A stretch of 64,000 nt of DNA from Flavobacteriales bacterium (GCA_037443205.1 JBBIOU010000012.1:1570-65569); one strand, 5' to 3'; numbered from the stretch's first letter, positions 1 through 11,578 are shown. Notes: a model not told the origin generated them from the sequence alone. Translations and numbers: made by a program.

Positions 1-110
1 TTGTTTAGTTCGTATTTTAATGAATCAATAAATTTATCGTTGTCATTTTGTGCTTTAACAAAACTTGCAATTTGTAAAAAAACAAAAACAACAAATATTT
101 TTTTTTTCAT
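1..110 (-). CDS. 5' end of a secreted/exported protein, running off the window edge
   Basis: Manual translation from ATG at 110: MKKKIFVVFVFLQIASFVKA|QNDNDKFIDSLKYELN. It has a signal peptide, stays open to position 1 and starts 11 bp after the icmF stop. Confidence 0.7.
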   Translation of the reverse strand, partial: MKKKIFVVFVFLQIASFVKAQNDNDKFIDSLKYELN

Positions 111-121
111 TAAAAATGATT

Positions 122-3100
122 TTACATATTCCTTCTATACTGCCCTCCTACTTCAAACAATGCATTGGTAATTTGACCCAAAGTACAATATTTGGTAACT
201 TCCATTAATTGCACAAACATATTTTTATTTTGTATAGCAGCCTGCTGAAGATTAGCTAACTGTTGTTTACTTTCTGCCTGGTATTTCTTTTTAAGGTTTT
301 CTACAGTATCTATCTGTTGTTTTTTCTCTTCTTCAGTAGCACGAATTACTTCTGCAGGAATGATTGTAGGCGAGCCCTTAGAACTTAAAAATGTATTAAC
401 ACCAATTATTGGGTATTCACCGGTGTGTTTCAATGTTTCATAATACAAACTTTCTTCCTGTATGCGGCTGCGTTGATACATGGTTTCCATAGCGCCCAAT
501 ACTCCGCCACGCTCGGTAATTCTATCAAATTCGGCTAATACGGCTTCTTCTACCAGGTCGGTCAATTCTTCGATGATAAACGAACCTTGTAGCGGATTTT
601 CGTTTTTCGCCAATCCCAACTCACGATTAATAATTAACTGTATAGCCATTGCTCTGCGCACCGATTCTTCGGTAGGTGTAGTTATGGCTTCGTCATACGC
701 ATTGGTATGAAGCGAGTTACAGTTGTCGTAAATAGCATACAATGCCTGCAATGTTGTTCGAATATCGTTAAAGTCAATTTCTTGCGCATGCAGCGAACGT
801 CCTGAAGTTTGAATGTGGTATTTCAACATTTGCGAACGGGCATCGGCTCCGTATTTTTCGCGCATGGCTTTTGCCCAAATTCTACGCGCTACGCGACCAA
901 TTACGGCATACTCGGGGTCAATACCATTGCTAAAGAAGAAAGATAAATTAGGGCCGAAATCGTTAATATTCATTCCACGGCTTAGGTAGTATTCAACATA
1001 CGTAAAACCATTTGCCAAGGTAAATGCTAATTGTGTAATTGGATTTGCACCGGCTTCAGCTATGTGATAACCACTAATAGATACAGAATAGAAATTGCGA
1101 ACTTTGTTTTTGATAAAATATTCCTGCACATCGCCCATTAAGCGCAATGCAAATTCGGTTGAGAAAATACAGGTATTTTGTGCCTGGTCTTCTTTTAAGA
1201 TATCGGCTTGCACCGTACCACGAACCTGCGATAAGGTTTCTGCTTTTATTTTTTCATACACTTCTTTGGGTAATACCTGATCGCCTGTTACGCCTAATAA
1301 CATCAAACCTAAACCATCATTTCCTTCGGGCAAACCTGATGAATTGTATGGAATATATTGCGGAACTTTTACGCCTTTATCTTTATGTATTTGTTCAATT
1401 TTCTTTTTTACTTCAGCTTCAAGTCCGTTTTGTTTGATGTAAATTTCGCATTGCTGGTCAATAGCAGCATTCATAAAGAAACCTAACAACATAGGTGCAG
1501 GACCGTTTATGGTCATGCTTACCGATGTTTTTGGATCAGCCAGATTAAACCCTGAGTACAATTTTTTAGCATCATCTAAACAGCAAATGGAAACACCCGA
1601 ATTACCGATTTTACCGTAAATATCCGGACGCCAATCGGGGTCATTTCCATAAAGCGTAACACTATCAAATGCTGTTGATAAACGCTTAGCAGGCATTCCT
1701 AAACTCACGTAATGAAAACGTTTGTTAGTGCGTTCCGGTCCGCCTTCTCCGGCAAACATACGTGTAGGGTCTTCGCCCTCGCGTTTAAACGGATAAATGC
1801 CTGAAGTGTAGGGAAATTCGCCCGGAACATTTTCTTGCAATACCCAACGTAATAATTCGCCCCAAGCTTTATAACGCGGTGTTACAACTTTTGGAATTTG
1901 AGTATGCGCTAATGATTCGGTATGGGTTTTAACATTTATTTCTTTATCGCGAACTTTAAAGATATAATATTCGTCTTTGTATTTTTTAACCTTATCCGGC
2001 CATTGCTGAATTATTTCCCAGTTGTGTGGATCTAAATCGAGTTTAATTCTGTCGAACTCGGCATTCAAAATTTTCTTAATAGCATCATCTGCTTTATCAA
2101 GTGTTTCAATGGTTTTTTGAATGGCATATAATTTCTCTGCAATTTCTGCTTGTTTATTAACCCATTGATCATATTTTCGATTGTTTTCAGAAATTTCTGA
2201 AAGGTAGCGCGTACGAGCCGGAGGAATCACAAAAATTTTCTCCGACATTTCTTTGGTAATGGTAAATTTTGAATTCAGGTTAGCACCTGTTTTTTCAACA
2301 ATTTTATCCATTACGGCTTTATAGAGTGTATTTGTTCCCGGGTCGTTAAATTGCGATGCAATGGTTCCGTAAACAGGAAGTGATTCATCATCTGCATCCC
2401 ATAATTGATGATTGCGTTTGTATTGTTTTTTTACATCACGCAATGCGTCTAATGCCCCTCGTTTATCAAATTTATTGATGGCTACTATATCGGCAAAATC
2501 GAGCATGTCTATTTTTTCTAACTGTGTAGCTGCACCAAACTCAGGTGTCATTATGTAAAGCGAAACATCGCTATAGTCAAGTATTTCGGTATCGCTTTGC
2601 CCAATGCCTGAAGTTTCTAAAATAATTAAGTCAAAACCTGCAGCTTTTAGCACATTTACGGCATCGCCTACATATTTGCTCAATGCCAAATTACTTTGGC
2701 GTGTGGCTAATGAACGCATGTACACGCGCTCATTGCGAATAGCGTTCATGCGAATTCTATCTCCCAATAATGCACCACCTGTTTTGCGTTTACTTGGGTC
2801 AACCGAAATAATACCGATGTGCTTATCGGGAAAATCGAGTAAAAATCTGCGCACCAGTTCATCAACCATACTTGATTTTCCGGCTCCACCGGTACCGGTA
2901 ATTCCTAAAACGGGAGTTTTAGATTTTTCTGCTTTTTCTTTTATTTTATCTAAATATGGGCGGCTTAGTTCAGGAAAATTTTCAGCAGCTGAAATTAATC
3001 GGGCTATGCTTTTTTTATCTTTTACACTTACATGGGTTAACTCGCCATTTAAATTATTTCCTATAGGATAATCGCATTTTTGAACCAAATCGTTTATCAT

Positions 3101-3502
3101 CCCCTGCAAGCCCATGGCACGTCCATCATCGGGATGATAGATGCGTGCTATTCCATATTTATGAAGTTCTTCTATTTCAGATGGAAGAATTGTACCCCCG
3201 CCACCGCCAAATATTTTAATATTTTCTGCGCCTTTTTCTTTGAGCAAGTCGTACATGTATTTAAAATATTCCATGTGGCCGCCCTGATAGCTGGTCATGG
3301 CAATGGCATGTGCATCTTCTTCAATGGCGCAGTTTACCACTTCTTCAACGCTTCTGTCGTGACCAAGGTGTATTACTTCGCACCCGGTTGATTGGATAAT
3401 TCTGCGCATAATGTTGATAGCAGCATCGTGCCCATCGAACAATGAGGCAGCAGTTACAATTCTTATTTTATTTTTAGGTGTGTATGGGGTTTGTTCTTGC
3501 AT
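122..3502 (-). CDS. icmF: Fused isobutyryl-CoA mutase IcmF (B12-binding + MeaB-like GTPase + mutase domains)
   Basis: N-terminal DGHDAAIN B12 motif, P-loop GTGGAGKSS, mutase motifs [11 protein letters not shown] and [11 protein letters not shown]. Start moved to ATG 3502 because the TTG at 3529 lies in the promoter element. Confidence 0.95.
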   Translation of the reverse strand: MQEQTPYTPKNKIRIVTAASLFDGHDAAINIMRRIIQSTGCEVIHLGHDRSVEEVVNCAIEEDAHAIAMTSYQGGHMEYFKYMYDLLKEKGAENIKIFGGGGGTILPSEIEELHKYGIARIYHPDDGRAMGLQGMINDLVQKCDYPIGNNLNGELTHVSVKDKKSIARLISAAENFPELSRPYLDKIKEKAEKSKTPVLGITGTGGAGKSSMVDELVRRFLLDFPDKHIGIISVDPSKRKTGGALLGDRIRMNAIRNERVYMRSLATRQSNLALSKYVGDAVNVLKAAGFDLIILETSGIGQSDTEILDYSDVSLYIMTPEFGAATQLEKIDMLDFADIVAINKFDKRGALDALRDVKKQYKRNHQLWDADDESLPVYGTIASQFNDPGTNTLYKAVMDKIVEKTGANLNSKFTITKEMSEKIFVIPPARTRYLSEISENNRKYDQWVNKQAEIAEKLYAIQKTIETLDKADDAIKKILNAEFDRIKLDLDPHNWEIIQQWPDKVKKYKDEYYIFKVRDKEINVKTHTESLAHTQIPKVVTPRYKAWGELLRWVLQENVPGEFPYTSGIYPFKREGEDPTRMFAGEGGPERTNKRFHYVSLGMPAKRLSTAFDSVTLYGNDPDWRPDIYGKIGNSGVSICCLDDAKKLYSGFNLADPKTSVSMTINGPAPMLLGFFMNAAIDQQCEIYIKQNGLEAEVKKKIEQIHKDKGVKVPQYIPYNSSGLPEGNDGLGLMLLGVTGDQVLPKEVYEKIKAETLSQVRGTVQADILKEDQAQNTCIFSTEFALRLMGDVQEYFIKNKVRNFYSVSISGYHIAEAGANPITQLAFTLANGFTYVEYYLSRGMNINDFGPNLSFFFSNGIDPEYAVIGRVARRIWAKAMREKYGADARSQMLKYHIQTSGRSLHAQEIDFNDIRTTLQALYAIYDNCNSLHTNAYDEAITTPTEESVRRAMAIQLIINRELGLAKNENPLQGSFIIEELTDLVEEAVLAEFDRITERGGVLGAMETMYQRSRIQEESLYYETLKHTGEYPIIGVNTFLSSKGSPTIIPAEVIRATEEEKKQQIDTVENLKKKYQAESKQQLANLQQAAIQNKNMFVQLMEVTKYCTLGQITNALFEVGGQYRRNM

Positions 3503-3526
3503 GGTTGTAATAGAAATAATTGAGGA

Positions 3527-3534
3527 CAAATATA
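3527..3534 (-). promoter_or_regulatory. Bacteroidota sigma70 -7 element (TATATTTG) for icmF
   Basis: Matches TAnnTTTG, 24 bp upstream of ATG 3502. Confidence 0.6.
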
Positions 3535-3729
3535 GTAGCCAAATAGCATTATTTTACACTATTTTTAAGTAAAAATACATATTAGCATCCATTTAAACAA
3601 TATAAATAAGATAAATGATTGCGATATAATTTTTTAGTATAAATACTATTCAAATTTGCGAAAGGTATAGAGTTAAAAAATTAACGAATCCTTTATATCC
3701 AGGTATGGTGCAGCAGACAGTATAAACAT

Positions 3730-4758
3730 TTATAAATTAGTCCACTTTTCCAGCAATTGCTTAAAACCAAGCGGCAATTCACTTTCAAAAAAAAGAGGCT
3801 TTGATGTTTCAGGATGAATAAAACCAAGTGTTTTAGCATGTAGCGCCTGACCCGGTAACAACAAAAAACAATTTTCGATAAACTGTTTGTATTTTTGTGT
3901 GTTTTCTCCTTTTAATATTTTATCGCCTCCATATTCATTGTCGTTAAACAGCGGGTGGCCTATATGTTTCATGTGTACCCTTATTTGGTGCGTTCTTCCG
4001 GTTTCGAGTTTACATCTCACCAGTGTAACATACTTGTATCGCTGGATTACTTCATAGTGAGTAATAGCATGTTTACCAATATTCTCATCTTCATATACTG
4101 AAAATACTTTTCTGTCTTTTTGGGAACGGGCAATGTTTCCGGTAATTGTACCTTTATCTTCTTTAACATCTCCCCATACCAATGCCCAATAATTGCGTTG
4201 GATAGTTCGGTCATAAAACTGTTTTGCCAAATGAGTAAGTGCATCTTCAGTTTTTGCTATTACCATAATACCCGAGGTGTTTTTGTCCAGGCGATGTACC
4301 AATCCCGGGCGGCCATAATATTTTTCGGAGCGTTTGGGTAAATTTTCAAAATGATATAATAAAGCGTTTACCAGTGTACCGGTATAATTGCCATATCCGG
4401 GATGGGTAACAATACCCGCCTGTTTATTTATAACAATTAAATCATCATCTTCATATAAAATATCGATCGGTATATTTTCGGGTATAAGTTCAATTTCTCT
4501 TACCGGATATGGCAATACAATAGAAATTTCATCCAGTGGTTTTACTTTGTAATTAGGTTTTACCGGTTTGGCATTAACCAAAATATTACCCGATTTAGCA
4601 GCTGATTGTATTCTGTTACGGGAAGTTTTTTCCAAACGATCGCAAAGAAACTTATCAATGCGAATCAGAGATTGTCCTTTATCTACTTTAAAGCGATAAT
4701 GTTCATAGAGTTCATCGCCTTCATCAATAAATTGTTCATCATTGACCGGTTCCTGCAT
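3730..4758 (-). CDS. rluD: RluA/RluD family 23S rRNA pseudouridine synthase
   Basis: S4 domain (RIDKFL), catalytic HRLDKNTSG, GRTHQIRVH and QALHA motifs. Confidence 0.9.
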   Translation of the reverse strand: MQEPVNDEQFIDEGDELYEHYRFKVDKGQSLIRIDKFLCDRLEKTSRNRIQSAAKSGNILVNAKPVKPNYKVKPLDEISIVLPYPVREIELIPENIPIDILYEDDDLIVINKQAGIVTHPGYGNYTGTLVNALLYHFENLPKRSEKYYGRPGLVHRLDKNTSGIMVIAKTEDALTHLAKQFYDRTIQRNYWALVWGDVKEDKGTITGNIARSQKDRKVFSVYEDENIGKHAITHYEVIQRYKYVTLVRCKLETGRTHQIRVHMKHIGHPLFNDNEYGGDKILKGENTQKYKQFIENCFLLLPGQALHAKTLGFIHPETSKPLFFESELPLGFKQLLEKWTNL

Positions 4759-6998
4759 CAGCGTTGAATAATAATTTTTTGTACAGCATACTTGGTTTGA
4801 GCCTGTAATAACTCTACCAAATAAATACCGGGATTTAAATCTTGCGTAGGTATCGTAAACTTTTGAGCAGATGTTGTGATGGATTTTATTAATCTGCCGC
4901 TTACATCTGATAGATGAACCGTTAACATATTACCATTTAAATCATCTTCAATTTCTATAGTTAAATAATTGTTGGCCGGATTGGGATAAGCTTTGGCAGA
5001 TAAATGATTCAGGTTATTATACTCCTCCACCGAACTGTAATCATAGTGATAGGTAAAAACCGGACGCATCATTAAAGAAGCCTGAAAGGATGTTTGTTGC
5101 CAGGATGAACCTACATTGTAATAAATTTTGTTTTGCGAGTTGGTATTCAAATCAAATCCAATGTTTAACTTGATTGCATCTACTTGTTGCCATCCTACAT
5201 AAAAATTGCCATTGAGAAGAATTTTATTATCCAGGTGATACTCATGGAAAGAGTTATATCCGTCTTCATATACGGGAGTAGAAAAAGTGGTGTTTTGATA
5301 GATGATATTACCCGGAGTGCCACCCGGTCCGTTGGCATCCCAAATGGTTAAGCGAAACGGTTTATTAGATACATTGTTTACCGATGGTTCAAAATGTATT
5401 CTTACCGAACGTAATGTATCAGGTTGAGCAATATAAAACTTATAGGCTAATAACGCTCCGGCACCTTGCGGACCATAAGCTGCTTCAGCAGTTCCGTCAT
5501 CATAAGCATAAAAATTTCTGAAAATTTGTTTAAAGCGAATGGTGTCATTTTCGCGTGTAAAATCGGGTGTAACCTGAAAATGAAAACGAACATCAAATTC
5601 TGCTAAAGTATCGTTAACATTATCATCGTACACAAAAGGAATATTGCTATTTAGAATATCCAACAACTGATATTGGGTAGTAAAGTTTGTAAAACCGTTT
5701 ATGGAAGGTGTATTTACATTTTGAAATTGTGCCTGTATGTTGTTATTAAAAAACACTTCACCGTAATTATTGGCCACCAGGCGGGCAGAATTATTATTGT
5801 TTCTCTGGAACAATGTTAGGGTATCGCGCACATAGGCAGCAGGGCTCCATTTAAAATGTCTCCAGGGCATAGAGATGTAATCTTTTAACAAAGTAAGAGC
5901 ATCTATTCTAAAAGCCACGTCATCTCTGATAGTATCTGCAATCGTTCTGAACGAGTTTAAATAAACATAATCAATGTGCCAATGGTCTAACGCTCCTGAA
6001 AGTGTTGCATAATTTTTAAATCTGAATTGAAATCCGTTTTGTAAAAACTGTGTTTGTGTGATGGGCACTATCTGATTTTTAAATTCGTGTAGGTTTTTTC
6101 CTTTGGTTGACCAGATATGTTTCCAAGTTTGGAATGCAGGTGACCAAAATTCAAGTACCAGAGAATCTTCTGCCTCAGGGGTATTACCCAGTCCCATGGG
6201 TTGATACATAAAACTAAGATAAACGGAGTCGGAAGCACTAAAGCCGGAAAGGTTGATGGGCTTGGAAGTGAGTGCGTCAGCGATTCCGTGTGCGGTGATA
6301 TTTACAAAATCGTAAGGATAGCCTTTTTCGTTTAAGCCATCTAAGGTAGCTACTCCCACAGTGGGCGGATTAACTGCATAGCGATTATTCAAATAAGCGT
6401 AGTTATCTTCCCAAATTGAGCCATCAGCTATAGGTGAAACAGTATAAATATTTACCGAATCTTGCTCGATGAAATTATTGGTAACATACAAAGTTTCCGG
6501 AGGATCGGGTAAATAAAGGGTATCTATAATATTATAATCCGGCCAAACGGTAAGTTGAGAGGAAGTAAAAGGATATGTAGTAAGGTCGTAAACCGTAATG
6601 TTTATAGAATTTAAATTATTGATGGTAGTAGTAGGTGTTCCGTCAGGCAATGTATCATATAGTATCTCGTATGTTTGAATGGTAGAAAAGCGTGTGTTAG
6701 CCGGATAGGGATTTACAGGCGGATCATCCCATAATTTTTTAAATTGGCTTTGGGTTACTCCCGGACCTCCGGGTTCTGCATTAAACTTGCGAAATTTGTT
6801 GGTTGAAAAATCATCTTTTACCGGCAGTGTAAGCGTATCATTCAGGTAAATAAAAATATCGGGAAAAGCCCTTTGTTGTAATTTATTTCTAGAAATTACA
6901 TCGCTGTTTCTGATCAGCGTTGAAATTTCTTCCTGCTGAGCGGATACAAAAAATGATGCAAAAAACAATAAAAACAAAAAAGTAATTTTTGATGTCAT
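4758..6998 (-). CDS. Secreted protein with T9SS type A C-terminal sorting domain
   Basis: Signal peptide from ATG 6998 (MTSKITFLFLLFFASFFVSA|QQ). C-terminal CTD: AYPNPA...DVSGR...PGIYLV...QKIIIQR. The longer start at 7151 overlaps the PASTA gene. Confidence 0.85.
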   Translation of the reverse strand: MTSKITFLFLLFFASFFVSAQQEEISTLIRNSDVISRNKLQQRAFPDIFIYLNDTLTLPVKDDFSTNKFRKFNAEPGGPGVTQSQFKKLWDDPPVNPYPANTRFSTIQTYEILYDTLPDGTPTTTINNLNSINITVYDLTTYPFTSSQLTVWPDYNIIDTLYLPDPPETLYVTNNFIEQDSVNIYTVSPIADGSIWEDNYAYLNNRYAVNPPTVGVATLDGLNEKGYPYDFVNITAHGIADALTSKPINLSGFSASDSVYLSFMYQPMGLGNTPEAEDSLVLEFWSPAFQTWKHIWSTKGKNLHEFKNQIVPITQTQFLQNGFQFRFKNYATLSGALDHWHIDYVYLNSFRTIADTIRDDVAFRIDALTLLKDYISMPWRHFKWSPAAYVRDTLTLFQRNNNNSARLVANNYGEVFFNNNIQAQFQNVNTPSINGFTNFTTQYQLLDILNSNIPFVYDDNVNDTLAEFDVRFHFQVTPDFTRENDTIRFKQIFRNFYAYDDGTAEAAYGPQGAGALLAYKFYIAQPDTLRSVRIHFEPSVNNVSNKPFRLTIWDANGPGGTPGNIIYQNTTFSTPVYEDGYNSFHEYHLDNKILLNGNFYVGWQQVDAIKLNIGFDLNTNSQNKIYYNVGSSWQQTSFQASLMMRPVFTYHYDYSSVEEYNNLNHLSAKAYPNPANNYLTIEIEDDLNGNMLTVHLSDVSGRLIKSITTSAQKFTIPTQDLNPGIYLVELLQAQTKYAVQKIIIQR

Positions 6999-7005
6999 AA
7001 AAACA

Positions 7006-7806
7006 TTATTTGGTAAGCCATACAGTAATTTCAGAACCTGCCGGTGCAGTATTGCCTGCTGCGGGAGATTGCCGGATAATAATGGCCGATGCTGAATCTC
7101 TTGTGGTGTAGCAATCATCGCACGAAGCTTGAAATAAACTGAATGACACACTGTTTAAACGAGAAATTGCCTGTTCTATTGTGAGTCCGTTTAAATCGGG
7201 TACCACCTGGGCTTCTCCCCCTTTACCCTGCCCTAACACCACTTCAATAGTTTGTCCTTTTTGAATTTTATCTCCGCATGCAACATCTTTGCCTTTGTAT
7301 TTTTGTGCTATAACACAATCGCGGCAATCGTTGTAGGGTTTGTAAGTATATTTGGCTTTTAACCCAATAATTTTAAGTATGCCTTCGGCATGTCGTTTTG
7401 ATTTATGAACTAAACAAGGCACAGTTACCAGCTTTGGCATTTTAGCTACAACCGTAACATATATTTTACGGTTATCTTTAGCGTATTGCCCGGTAAGTGC
7501 AGTTGGTTTAGGACTTTGTGATATAACACTACCGGCAGCAATATTATCTGCATGAACTGAATCTACGATTTCATATCGAAATCCCAAGGGTTTTAAATAA
7601 GATTCCAGTTCATCTGCCTGTGTACCGTATAAGTCGGGGATACTGATTTTTTGGCCATGATTTGTATATGAATCCAAATATTTTAATGACAACCAGCTTA
7701 ATACAAAAGCGGTAATTAATGCCAATATTAAATGGATGATAAAACGTTTACCGATAAAAAAACGGAAATATGCCTGTAGTTTACTCAAGATAAAAATTAT
7801 TAACAT
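7006..7806 (-). CDS. PASTA-domain protein with N-terminal membrane anchor (start uncertain: 7806 or TTG 7788)
   Basis: TM helix followed by YTNHG and three repeats of [IV]PxL...VI[SA]QxP, typical of PASTA domains. Confidence 0.85.
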   Translation of the reverse strand: MLIIFILSKLQAYFRFFIGKRFIIHLILALITAFVLSWLSLKYLDSYTNHGQKISIPDLYGTQADELESYLKPLGFRYEIVDSVHADNIAAGSVISQSPKPTALTGQYAKDNRKIYVTVVAKMPKLVTVPCLVHKSKRHAEGILKIIGLKAKYTYKPYNDCRDCVIAQKYKGKDVACGDKIQKGQTIEVVLGQGKGGEAQVVPDLNGLTIEQAISRLNSVSFSLFQASCDDCYTTRDSASAIIIRQSPAAGNTAPAGSEITVWLTK

Positions 7807-7809
7807 GTG

Positions 7810-7817
7810 CAAAGATA
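7810..7817 (-). promoter_or_regulatory. -7 element (TATCTTTG) for the PASTA-T9SS-rluD operon
   Basis: TAnnTTTG match in the divergent intergenic region. Confidence 0.55.
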
Positions 7818-7859
7818 AAAATTATTGTTTGCTAAAGTTGAGTAAAAGCGGTTTAGCTA

Positions 7860-7867
7860 TAACTTTG
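7860..7867 (+). promoter_or_regulatory. -7 element (TAACTTTG) for ddl
   Basis: TAnnTTTG match 20 bp before the ddl ATG. Confidence 0.55.
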
Positions 7868-7887
7868 ACCGTCATAGCTAAATAAAC

Positions 7888-8862
7888 ATGAAAAAAAACA
7901 TTGCGGTAATTTCGGGGGGATATTCGCATGAAGCTGAAATATCTTATAAAAGTGCTGAAACAATCATCAAGCATTTACCTGCTGATAAATATGCGGTTTA
8001 CCCGATAACCATAAACCAAAGAGGATGGTATTATAGCAATGATGAAACTGTTACTATAAATAAAAACAATTTCAGTTTATACTTAAATAATCAAACCATA
8101 CAATTTGACTGTGTTTATATCATCATACACGGAACACCCGGTGAAGATGGCAAGTTACAAGCTTATTTTGATATGCTGGGCATACCCTATAATACTTCGG
8201 GAGTATTGCCTTCTGCATTAACCTTTAATAAATTTTTTTGCAATAATTTACTCAGACCACAGGGTATAAACTGTGCACCAGCAATTATAGTAAATAATGT
8301 TGAAGAGGTTAACACCGAAGAAATAATCTATCAGGTTGGATTACCTTGTTTTGTGAAACCCAGTGATGGAGGCTCCAGTTTTGGGGCAAGCAAGGTAAAA
8401 TCTGCCGGGGAATTATTACCTGCCATAAAACTTGCTTTAGAACATGGTACGCAATGCCTGGTTGAAAAATTTGTGAGTGGCACGGAAGTAACCTGCGGAG
8501 TATTTAAAACCAAAGGAAAAATAACTGTTTTACCACCCACCGAAATACGCAGTAAAAACGAATTTTTTGATTATAAAGCTAAATACAAGGGCGAATCGGA
8601 AGAAATAACACCTGCCGCAATAAGCCCTGAAATGACTGAAAAAATACAAAGTTTAACCCGCAAAGCATACGAAATATTACAATTAAAAAGTATTGCCAGA
8701 ATTGATTTTATAATTGAAGATAATATTCCCTGGCTGATAGAAGTAAACACCGTGCCGGGCATGTCGGAACAGAGCATTATTCCCCAACAACTAAAAGCTG
8801 CGGGTATCACAATAAGCGAAGTGCTAATCGCTCAGATTGAAGAAGCGCTGTCGGGTAAATAA
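7888..8862 (+). CDS. ddl: D-alanine--D-alanine ligase
   Basis: GGYSHEAEIS, HGTPGEDG, VKPSDGGSS, FDYKAKY and EVNTVPG motifs. Confidence 0.95.
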   Translation: MKKNIAVISGGYSHEAEISYKSAETIIKHLPADKYAVYPITINQRGWYYSNDETVTINKNNFSLYLNNQTIQFDCVYIIIHGTPGEDGKLQAYFDMLGIPYNTSGVLPSALTFNKFFCNNLLRPQGINCAPAIIVNNVEEVNTEEIIYQVGLPCFVKPSDGGSSFGASKVKSAGELLPAIKLALEHGTQCLVEKFVSGTEVTCGVFKTKGKITVLPPTEIRSKNEFFDYKAKYKGESEEITPAAISPEMTEKIQSLTRKAYEILQLKSIARIDFIIEDNIPWLIEVNTVPGMSEQSIIPQQLKAAGITISEVLIAQIEEALSGK

Positions 8863-9447
8863 TTATTTATTTTTTTTTAATATTTCTACTAACTTTTGTA
8901 TAGCAATAGCGCGATGCGATATCTTATTTTTTTCATCGGTAGTCATTTCGGCAAAAGTTTTTTTGTAACCATCAGGAATAAAAATGGGGTCGTAACCAAA
9001 GCCTTTTTCGCCTCTTTTTTCAGTTGCAATACTTCCATTTATAATACCTTCGAATAAATATTCTTTAGCGTTTATTATTAATGAAATAACTGTTTTAAAC
9101 CGGGCATTTCTGTTTTGCTTGCCCTGTAATTCGGTCAAAAGTTTATTCATATTATCTTGCGCATTTTTATGCTCACCTGCATAGCGTGCAGAATATACTC
9201 CCGGTGCATTATTTAAGGTTTCTACTTCAAGACCCGTATCGTCTGCAAAGCAATTAAATTTATAATTATTAAATATATAATTTGATTTTAACGATGCATT
9301 TTCTTCTATGGTTTTTCCTGTTTCGGGAATATCTTCAAGAATACCTGCATCAGATAAACCTATTACATTAAATCCATAAGGTTTTAAAATAGCAGAAACT
9401 TCTTCAACTTTATGTGGGTTATTGGAAGCAAAAATTAATTGATGCAT
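8863..9447 (-). CDS. rdgB: Non-canonical purine NTP pyrophosphatase (RdgB/HAM1)
   Basis: [28 protein letters not shown] and SHR motifs. Confidence 0.95.
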   Translation of the reverse strand: MHQLIFASNNPHKVEEVSAILKPYGFNVIGLSDAGILEDIPETGKTIEENASLKSNYIFNNYKFNCFADDTGLEVETLNNAPGVYSARYAGEHKNAQDNMNKLLTELQGKQNRNARFKTVISLIINAKEYLFEGIINGSIATEKRGEKGFGYDPIFIPDGYKKTFAEMTTDEKNKISHRAIAIQKLVEILKKNK

Positions 9448-9463
9448 GCTTTTAATATAAATA

Positions 9464-10546
9464 TTACATATTTAGCAAACTGTTAAATACATATAAATAC
9501 TTTTGTTTATTAGCCTCTACCGAATATTTTTCTACTACGGTTTTACGACCTGCCTTACCGATCTTTTCTCTGAGTTCAGGAGATTCAATTAGTAAAGATA
9601 ATTTTTCAATCCATTCATCTTCCGTAGCGGCCAGAAAACCGTTAACTCCGTCCTGAATAATTTCAGTATTTACACCAACAGGCGACATTACGGTTGGTAT
9701 TTCCAATGCCATATATTGCAAGCCTTTTAAACCGCATTTTCCTTTTGCCCATTCATCATCCGGCAGGGGCATTATTCCAATATCAAAGCAAGACAAATCA
9801 TCAATTTCAGTGTTTTTATTCCATCCCAATCCCTTTATGCCTAATTCTTTGTTCAAATAATTTGCATCACCGATAACTTTAAATTCGAGTTTGTTTGGGT
9901 ACTTATTTTGTAGCTTGGATAATATATTGAGGGCATACTCAAAATGCTGAATAGTAGTAATGCTACCGCTCCATCCAATAATAATTTTATTTCTAGCTTT
10001 GGTTTGCTTATTTTTATATTCTTCGGTATCTATGGTAGTAGGAATAACAATTACATTGTTGTTGTATTTTAATGCATAATTTTTTAAATATTCATTTCCG
10101 GCAATTACTAAGTGCGAAGTTGAAATAATCTGTGAAGTTTTTTGGGGATTTTTTAACCAGGCAAATGCTTTATTGGCGTTTGATACATTTTGCAACCAAA
10201 TAGAATCGTCAAAATCGAACACCAGTTTGGCATGGGTTTTACTGAATTTTTTTTCGAAATATGCAGTGCCTAACATAAGGCATTCTCTTTGCACAAAAAT
10301 TATATCATATTGGTTTGCTGTTTTTAATTCGCGAAATCGTTTTAAAATACTTTTAATGATTACTATAAGTTTTTTAAAAAAATATCCTTTTTTGTAAAAA
10401 AAAGCATCGTCATCTGAATTTAATAAATAAGAAAAATGGTAATCAAAGCCATGTTGTTTTAAATACGTAAGGTATTGCTCAAAGCGAAAACGCTGGCTGG
10501 GTGAACGTTCGGGACGATGAACCGTTAAAAAAAGTATTCGAGGCAT
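9464..10546 (-). CDS. Glycosyltransferase family 4
   Basis: GT-B C-terminal motif [16 protein letters not shown]...SPVG; start at ATG 10546. Confidence 0.85.
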   Translation of the reverse strand: MPRILFLTVHRPERSPSQRFRFEQYLTYLKQHGFDYHFSYLLNSDDDAFFYKKGYFFKKLIVIIKSILKRFRELKTANQYDIIFVQRECLMLGTAYFEKKFSKTHAKLVFDFDDSIWLQNVSNANKAFAWLKNPQKTSQIISTSHLVIAGNEYLKNYALKYNNNVIVIPTTIDTEEYKNKQTKARNKIIIGWSGSITTIQHFEYALNILSKLQNKYPNKLEFKVIGDANYLNKELGIKGLGWNKNTEIDDLSCFDIGIMPLPDDEWAKGKCGLKGLQYMALEIPTVMSPVGVNTEIIQDGVNGFLAATEDEWIEKLSLLIESPELREKIGKAGRKTVVEKYSVEANKQKYLYVFNSLLNM

Positions 10547-11547
10547 TAGTCTTCTAACCAAACTTTGGGTAATTTTTCTGTAATTTCTATGCCATTAAAT
10601 TTAGGACTTTTCTTTACTCCAACTTTTTTAGCCCAATCTGCCATTCTTTTTAGACCTTCAGCAAGCGAAACAAAATTTTTTTCTTTGATATTAAAAACAT
10701 TTTTCAGTTTTGTATGATCGGAATATGCATGTTGTACTTCGTTTCTGGCTTCGAGGTAACGAATAGGTTGAGTTATATCCATAGCACGCATAACTTCCCC
10801 GGCAAGTTCATTAACGGTATATTCCGTATCTCCTCCAATATTAAAAACCTGATTGTAGGCTTGTTTGACATTTACCGAATTTGCTATATACGGTGCTACA
10901 TCGCCAATGTAGCTGAAGGCACGGGTTTGGTTACCATCTCCAAAAATGGTGAGCGGCATAGCTTGCATTAATTGATTCATAAATATACCTACTACGTTTC
11001 TATATCTATCGCCAATATTTTGGTATTCGCCATATACATTGTGGGGCCTGAAAATAATGTAGTTTAAACCAAACATTTCGTAACTCGTTTTTAAATCTAA
11101 TTCTACTGCATATTTGGCTATTCCGTAAGGATCTTCGGGCATGGGGGTCATATCTTCGCGCATGGGTAGCTGAGCTTTACCATATACAGCAATAGACGAA
11201 GTAAATACAAAGCATTTTACTTTATGAATAATTGATTGGTTAATCAGATTAACACTTCCTATAACATTATTTTGATAATTAAAGCGCTTGATAAAATGGC
11301 TTAAACCTTCGGCTGCATAGGCTGCCAGATGATACACGTAATCGAATTTTTCTTGTTCAAATAAACGTTCTAATAATGCATAATCGTTAATTGAACCTTT
11401 AATAAATTTTGCTTTATGATGAATATTTTCCTCAAAGCCACCGCTTAAATCGTCAAGTACAACTACCGAATGACCTGACTCTATTAAATGATTAACAACA
11501 TGTGCACCTATAAATCCTGCACCACCTGTAACTAAAGATTTTGGCAT
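10546..11547 (-). CDS. NAD-dependent nucleotide-sugar epimerase/dehydratase
   Basis: TGGAGFIG and YGIAK (YxxxK) extended SDR motifs. Confidence 0.9.
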   Translation of the reverse strand: MPKSLVTGGAGFIGAHVVNHLIESGHSVVVLDDLSGGFEENIHHKAKFIKGSINDYALLERLFEQEKFDYVYHLAAYAAEGLSHFIKRFNYQNNVIGSVNLINQSIIHKVKCFVFTSSIAVYGKAQLPMREDMTPMPEDPYGIAKYAVELDLKTSYEMFGLNYIIFRPHNVYGEYQNIGDRYRNVVGIFMNQLMQAMPLTIFGDGNQTRAFSYIGDVAPYIANSVNVKQAYNQVFNIGGDTEYTVNELAGEVMRAMDITQPIRYLEARNEVQHAYSDHTKLKNVFNIKEKNFVSLAEGLKRMADWAKKVGVKKSPKFNGIEITEKLPKVWLED

Positions 11548-11570
11548 TTTAAAATATTAATTATAGCAGA

Positions 11571-11578
11571 CAAAAGTA
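11571..11578 (-). promoter_or_regulatory. -7 element (TACTTTTG) for the epimerase-GT4-rdgB unit
   Basis: TAnnTTTG match 23 bp upstream of ATG 11547. Confidence 0.5.

Noticed and set aside
480-3391. Several + strand ORFs inside icmF (and similar short ORFs inside lon, metH, menB, menD)
   Set aside because: Fully nested in well-supported genes, with no family motifs.
3530-3729. Possible cobalamin riboswitch or sRNA upstream of icmF
   Set aside because: No B12-box or GGGAA core motifs; only a weak TTTATA/TATAAA-closed hairpin, and the promoter element is close to the start.
6999-7151. N-terminal extensions in the ORF track (also 12849-13007, 43904-43936, 3503-3529)
   Set aside because: They overlap neighbouring genes or promoter elements; downstream ATGs give proper N-termini.
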